Assembly: GCA_964291405.2 (NCBI GenBank)
Contig: OZ219926.1
Coordinates: 4,768,001-4,832,000, forward strand
Origin: Thermodesulfobacteriota bacterium
Lineage (GTDB): Bacteria > Desulfobacterota > Binatia > Bin18
Direction of reading: 5' to 3'
DNA length: 64,000 bases
Positions 58,882-64,000 of the stretch are shown here, piece after piece. Made by a program: the position numbers and the translations under genes. How positions within the stretch are numbered: the stretch's first letter is position 1; each line of letters starts with the position of its first letter. The notes below the pieces were generated by a model. The model was not told the origin of the DNA. It saw nothing but the letters and a program-made list of their open reading frames with translations, and made no database searches.

Positions 58882-59303
58882 TAGATGATATCATGGACGA
58901 AACAGTCGATAGCCTCTCGGATCTGGGTATGGATGCTGAGGATATCGGTCTCGACCAGGACGATTTGGGGCAGATATTTGCCCTGGAACTTGGAGCACAC
59001 GCGGTGCTTTCCGAAAATGAGTTTGAGAACGTGGTCCGGGCAATCGCCCGCAGTCGGAGCGACCTTGATGATATGTCGGCCTCTATCGCTGAGATAGATG
59101 ATTATGTAGACAGTTTTGAAGCTGACCCGGAACGACTGAGTGGGCTTTTATCAAATATCAAAGGGATTTATGGAGATGAGATTGGCAAAGATGTCCGTGC
59201 TGCCATAGAAATCCTGAGTACTCAGGAGCCAGAATTCGACAACTTGTCTACTTCGGTACCTTTCGCCGAGTACATTCGCGCAAAAGGCATCACATTCGTG
59301 TAG
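58878..59303 (+). CDS. Hypothetical acidic protein
   Basis: ATGA overlap with the TPR gene; RBS GGAGG. Confidence 0.65.
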   Translation: MIDDIMDETVDSLSDLGMDAEDIGLDQDDLGQIFALELGAHAVLSENEFENVVRAIARSRSDLDDMSASIAEIDDYVDSFEADPERLSGLLSNIKGIYGDEIGKDVRAAIEILSTQEPEFDNLSTSVPFAEYIRAKGITFV

Positions 59304-59373
59304 ACCCATCCCGCCGAGGGACAAATGATTTTTCCTTCATACACATCAGGTTGCCGTTCACACGACGTTAAGA

Positions 59374-60282
59374 TTAAGAGCGAAAGACAAAACGAAAACC
59401 ATCCTGACTACTGATAATTCGTCCTGCGGTTGGTGTCGCAAAATGGGCCGGAAGAATCAGCGCATTCGAGTCGGCGTAGCGCTCAATAAATTTTCGGCGT
59501 GTCTGACGGGACTGCTCCGAGTCAAAGCAAAAGGCACTGGAGACCTCTGGATACACGACCTGGAGGGGGTGGTGCATCACGTCGCCGGAGAGCACGGCGT
59601 GTAAACCCTCCCGCTCTATTGTGAGTATGGCGTTGCCTGGGGTGTGGCCGGGCGCGGCCTCGACCCAAATTCCCTCCTCAATATGGTGACCGCTGGTAAT
59701 CAACTGAGATTGCCCGGCTTCGACCACCGGCAAAACACTATCCTGGTAGGAATCTCGAAGCACCTGCCGAACCGGCAGAGGGTAGGGGTCATCCGGGCCG
59801 GCAGGTTCTGTCGTATAGGCATGCCAGTGCTCCCATTCCCGCCTGGCAAAAAGATAGGTCGCATTGGGAAAAGTTGGCACCCAGCGACCATCCTCCAGGC
59901 GCGTATTCCAGCCGATATGATCGACGTGCAGGTGGGTGCAAAAGACAAAATCCACGTCTTCGAGCGCGATACCCAACGCGTTGAGGTTTTCGACATAGGG
60001 CGTGCGTTGCTGATGCCAGTCGCCAAAATCGGGCCGGTGTTTATTATTGCCAACACAAGTGTCGACCAGAATGACGTGCTGCGGAGTCCGAATAATGAAG
60101 GTGTGCAGACTCATCACCAACAGGCGCGTTTCCGGGTGAAAAAATCGAGGGGCAAGCCAAGCCCGATGTACGTCTATGACGGACTGATCCAAGTCGGGTA
60201 GGAGCACCTGCAGGGGGTACAGAGGACCTTCTGACTCCACCAGCCGCTCAATGCGGATGGTATCGGTGATAATTGGTTGCAT
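59374..60282 (-). CDS. MBL-fold metallo-hydrolase (lactonase-like)
   Basis: THLHVDHIG, PGHTPG, GD..H and AHF. Confidence 0.9.
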   Translation of the reverse strand: MQPIITDTIRIERLVESEGPLYPLQVLLPDLDQSVIDVHRAWLAPRFFHPETRLLVMSLHTFIIRTPQHVILVDTCVGNNKHRPDFGDWHQQRTPYVENLNALGIALEDVDFVFCTHLHVDHIGWNTRLEDGRWVPTFPNATYLFARREWEHWHAYTTEPAGPDDPYPLPVRQVLRDSYQDSVLPVVEAGQSQLITSGHHIEEGIWVEAAPGHTPGNAILTIEREGLHAVLSGDVMHHPLQVVYPEVSSAFCFDSEQSRQTRRKFIERYADSNALILPAHFATPTAGRIISSQDGFRFVFRS

Positions 60283-60368
60283 AGTTGCCGTCCTTTTGAA
60301 AAAGTGGCTTTCCTTGTGAAGGATACTCTACTCTCTCGGGCCACTTTCTCCAACGTATAGGCAGATGT

Positions 60369-61550
60369 ATGGCAGCCGGACACGCTGAAATTGCTGGAGC
60401 CGGCTTTGCCGGTCTTGTTGCCGCGATTGCTCTGGCCGACCGCGGTTGGACTGTGCGGGTGCATGAACGGACGCCGTTTCTCCGAGCCGAAGGATTTGCG
60501 TTGACCATCCACGGCAACGGCGTGAAAGTCCTCAAGTCGCTCGGCGTTTTTGAGCCTGCGGTAGCGGGCGCCATGCGAATCAGCCGCCTGGAAACGCGGA
60601 ATGCCCGCAACGAGACCACCCTCGCCCTGACTCCTCCAAGTGCGCTGTATCGCATCTCCCGCCAGCATCTGATTGCGACCCTGGCCGCGGCGGCCGAGCG
60701 GCGTGGAGTTGAAGTCCTGGTTGACTCTCCGGTCGTGTCCGCCAAGCCGGATGGACAATTAGTGTTGGAGAAGGGTCAGGTCTGTAAAGCCGATCTGGTC
60801 ATTGGGGCTGAGGGGGTCAACTCACGAGTGCGCGATACTGTCGGTGTTCGCGTCCGTCGCATTTCTCTCCAAGCGGGCGGCGCGTGCCGCATGGTCATTC
60901 CTCGAAGCGATGCCGAAAAGGCAATAGAGCCAGGAGACGAAGCGGTCAATTACGAATATTGGTCGGGCACGCGACGTATCATCGCGAATCCGTGTAGTCG
61001 AGACGATCTCTACCTCGCCTTGAGCTGTCGAGATACCGATGCCTCAGGCAAACGGATACCGCTCGAGGTCCCGTCCTGGCAGGAGGCGTTTCCGCATTTG
61101 GCTGCGGTCATCGAGCGCGTTGGGCGGGATACCGAGTGGGAGCGGGTGCTGTGGGCGCGATTTCTTATCATCCAACTCTCGCGTTGGTCTGCGGGCCGCG
61201 TTGCCATTGTGGGTGACGCCGCCCATTCCATGCCGCCAGACCTGGGGCAGGGTGGGGGGACCGCAATGATGAACGCCCTTGCTCTTGCCGTGGCCTTAGC
61301 GGAATCGGCCGATATTGAGTCCGGTCTATCACTGTGGGAACAACGCGAACGGCCGTTAACCACGCACACCCAGCGGGTGGCGCGGATCTATAACCATTCG
61401 ACCTTGTGGCCGGAACGTGTGCGAACAGGCGTGTTTAAGCTCATTGGCCGAACGGCTTTTTTACGGGAACAAGTGCAGCGAACGGCGAATCACCTGCCGC
61501 GCGGATACCATAACGAAGGAGGGGGCTATGTTTATCGATCTCACGGCTGA
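60369..61550 (+). CDS. FAD-dependent monooxygenase (MHPCO-like hydroxylase)
   Basis: AEIAGAGFAGL and GDAAH.M.P.LGQGG. Confidence 0.85.
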   Translation: MAAGHAEIAGAGFAGLVAAIALADRGWTVRVHERTPFLRAEGFALTIHGNGVKVLKSLGVFEPAVAGAMRISRLETRNARNETTLALTPPSALYRISRQHLIATLAAAAERRGVEVLVDSPVVSAKPDGQLVLEKGQVCKADLVIGAEGVNSRVRDTVGVRVRRISLQAGGACRMVIPRSDAEKAIEPGDEAVNYEYWSGTRRIIANPCSRDDLYLALSCRDTDASGKRIPLEVPSWQEAFPHLAAVIERVGRDTEWERVLWARFLIIQLSRWSAGRVAIVGDAAHSMPPDLGQGGGTAMMNALALAVALAESADIESGLSLWEQRERPLTTHTQRVARIYNHSTLWPERVRTGVFKLIGRTAFLREQVQRTANHLPRGYHNEGGGYVYRSHG

Positions 61551-62685
61551 CCAAGAGCGCATTATCAATATTGCCAAGGAGCTTGCGGCTGAGTTTACCG
61601 AACGGGCCGAGCAGCACGACCGTGAGGGCAGCTTTCCTTTTGAGAATATCGCTCGACTCAAGGAGACCGGCTATACGACCATGACCACACCGCAGGAGTT
61701 CGGCGGCTGGGAGGCCAGCCCGCTCACTTTTGTACTGGCCCAGGAACAGCTCGTCCAGGGCTGCGCGGCCACCGCCTTTTCCATCAATATGCACTGTAAC
61801 AGCGTCGGCTTTTACACGCCGTTCATGACGCAAGCGCAAAAGGAGCTGTATCTGGGCAATGTCGGTCGGAAGAAAATGCTCCTGAACGGCTTTTATACCG
61901 AGGGTGGCGGGGCGCGCTCGATCATGTCACCGGCCTCGACCGCGCGCAAGGTGTCAGGCGGCTATCTCCTTAACGGCAAGAAGGTCTTTGCCACGCTTGT
62001 CCCGGTGGTAGATTATTTTGGCGTCAGCGTCTCGCTGGAAGGCTACACCGGCCCTGGCTCCGGGGGGTGTATTTTTCTTCTGCCGCGCGACACGCCGGGT
62101 CTGGAGGTTGAGGAAACCTGGGATGCCATGGGCATGCGGGCCACCGGCAGCCATACCATTACCATGCAGGATGTCTTTGCCACACCCGAACATCGCATCG
62201 GCGAGGAAGGGCGCCTGGCCGAAGAGTTCGCCCAAGTCGCGCACTGGTACTGTCTATCGTTTTCCGCCTGCTATCTGGGCATCGGCCAGGCCATGTACAC
62301 CCATGTCCTGGACTACGCCCGGACGCGCAAGGTCCAAAAGACCGGCCAGCGGGTTGGCGACTTGGCCTGGAATCGGTTTGCCATAGGCGAAATGTATAAC
62401 CGTTTGGAGGCGTGTCGCACGCTGCTCTACACCACCGCCCGAGAAATCTCAGAGCAACGTCCGTATGGGGAGCGTCAGATTCCTACGGTTGAGATGCTCC
62501 GCACCTATATGGCCGAAAACATGCTGGAGGTCGGTAATCTTGCCACCCGCATCGCCGGCGGGCTTGGCTACCTCAAGGGCAGTCCGGTAGAGCGGGCCTT
62601 TCGCGACCTGCGCTCCGCACCGCTGCATACCCTGAAGCGCGACGAGGTGCTGGAGCTGCTGGCCGAAATGGAGTTGGGGTTTTAG
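61528..62685 (+). CDS. Acyl-CoA dehydrogenase family protein
   Basis: LNG.K.F, W...GMRATGS and ERAFRD. Confidence 0.88.
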   Translation: MFIDLTADQERIINIAKELAAEFTERAEQHDREGSFPFENIARLKETGYTTMTTPQEFGGWEASPLTFVLAQEQLVQGCAATAFSINMHCNSVGFYTPFMTQAQKELYLGNVGRKKMLLNGFYTEGGGARSIMSPASTARKVSGGYLLNGKKVFATLVPVVDYFGVSVSLEGYTGPGSGGCIFLLPRDTPGLEVEETWDAMGMRATGSHTITMQDVFATPEHRIGEEGRLAEEFAQVAHWYCLSFSACYLGIGQAMYTHVLDYARTRKVQKTGQRVGDLAWNRFAIGEMYNRLEACRTLLYTTAREISEQRPYGERQIPTVEMLRTYMAENMLEVGNLATRIAGGLGYLKGSPVERAFRDLRSAPLHTLKRDEVLELLAEMELGF

Positions 62686-63759
62686 GCTATTTCCGAAACC
62701 GTCACCTGCTCCCCGGCTTCGTTATAGACTTTATCGCCTAGGGCAAAATTCTCTTCCAGAAACCACTGGAGATAGGCTGCGCTGGTAATGGGTGGTTCTT
62801 TGGCTGGATTATCCGGCCCGTAACACGTGGGTAGACACTCGATGACGGTCTCCGGGGTCGGGTGCAAGAAGAACGGAATGGAATAGCGGTAGGTATCCGA
62901 GGCGTTAATCACCCGGTGTGGAGTGGAGAGCACGCGACCGTTCGACCAGCGGGTCAGCATATCTCCGGAGTTAATAACAAAAGCATCCGGAATGAGCGGC
63001 ATTTTCAGCCCGACCGGACTGGGTTCGGAGACTGGGTTCGGATTTCAAGTCCAGGTTGGTCTGACGTAGCCAGCAAAGTCATAAACGAGCTGTCCGTGTG
63101 CGGTCCCACGTTGAATTCGTCCTCATCCAGCCTGTCGGGTGGCATCCGCGCGACGCGCAAGAAGTTCAAACCCTGATATTTGGGGAATTTATCGTCAAAG
63201 AAATCCGGCTCCAGGTCCAGAGCCAGGGCATACAGCGGCAACATGCGGATACTCAAATCTTCCGCGGCCTCAAAGAATTCCATCACGGTAGTACGAAAGC
63301 CACTCTCATTCTCGGGCCATTGATTCTGCGTGGGCCGATGACTGGGACCCCAGTCACGCTGGAGAAGATAGCACTCGCTCACATCAGGCTTTCTGGTCCC
63401 AGTGTAGTATGGTGAAGTTTTGGGCAGCTCACCTCGGGTCGGGACATACCCGTTGCCTTCTTCGTTCACTTTGAGGGCCATCTTCTGTTCAAGTGGAAGA
63501 TCGTAAAAGCGGGCAGTTTCTGACACCATTTTATCTCGGAGAGATTTGGGGATGCCGTGATTAATAATCCAAAGGCTTTCTGGTCCCGGTGTAGTAAAAA
63601 GAAGCCGATACGTTCGAGGGCGTCACGCATCTCGCTGGCCGCCGTAAAGGCTGCTCCAGGTTCTTCAGCCAGGAAGGGACCGAGGTCAATAATCGGAATG
63701 GTTTCCCCGGCAATCGCGTACTCTTCTTGTAAGGCGTGCTTGTCTTGTGCGGTCTGCAT
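62682..63759 (-). pseudogene. Isopenicillin N synthase-like 2OG-Fe(II) oxygenase, broken into three frames
   Basis: IPIIDL, HTD, N.GDML..W.NG...ST.HRV and RYSIPFF; lesions at about 63573-63596 and 63010-63042. Confidence 0.8.
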
Positions 63760-63774
63760 ATTATCCCCCTCTTG

Positions 63775-64000
63775 TCAGCGCACAAACGGTGCTGGATCGA
63801 GAAATCGCTTCAGCACGTTGTGCGTAATGCGCGAAACATTATTGTCGTAATGATTATGTGACAGACTGCCGGCCCAGGCAATCGAGCTTGACGACCACAC
63901 CGCCCCGCCGTTGGGGGTTTCATAGAACACCATATCCGCCCGGACCAGTTCGTTTTCGGTCCCGCCCAGACCCGGTGTGGTGACCAGTAATTCCTCGCAC
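63775..64000 (-). CDS. C-terminus of an N,N-dimethylformamidase large-subunit family protein (truncated by window edge)
   Basis: Manual translation: VRADMVFYETPNGGAVWSSSSIAWAGSLSHNHYDNNVSRITHNVLKRF. Confidence 0.75.
   Translation of the reverse strand, partial: CEELLVTTPGLGGTENELVRADMVFYETPNGGAVWSSSSIAWAGSLSHNHYDNNVSRITHNVLKRFLDPAPFVR

Noticed and set aside
1-64000. tRNA, rRNA, riboswitch, transposase, integrase or prophage genes
   Set aside because: None were recognised by eye; covariance-model searches could not be run.

Overview
A 64 kb bacterial chromosomal window with mostly high GC. The many luciferase-like, Rieske and DUF1329 genes plus a GLUG/cadherin-like surface protein suggest a Binatia-like, possibly sponge-associated organism; this is inference only. 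Housekeeping genes include hemE-hemH-hemG, rnhB, pdhC-lpdA-lipB-lipA, M16 peptidases, an OmpA lipoprotein, pgk, lon and msrA. There are four small toxin-antitoxin-type pairs and several catabolic genes. A complete type I-E CRISPR-Cas locus lies on the minus strand: cas3-[TA pair]-cas8e-cas11-cas7-cas5-cas6e-cas1-cas2-leader-array of 16 repeats and 15 spacers. The standout is the Cas11/Cse2 subunit, which carries an N-terminal VRR-NUC-like PD-(D/E)XK nuclease domain with an apparently intact catalytic motif, although Cas3 is also intact. Other leads are repeat-like sequences at the cas3 3' end and in the leader, a diiron protein + HMG-CoA-reductase-like + lipid-kinase operon, a family of ~55 bp palindromic elements, and a 28-proline linker. 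Several split genes look like sequencing or consensus errors. All calls come from reading motifs by eye; no database searches were run.
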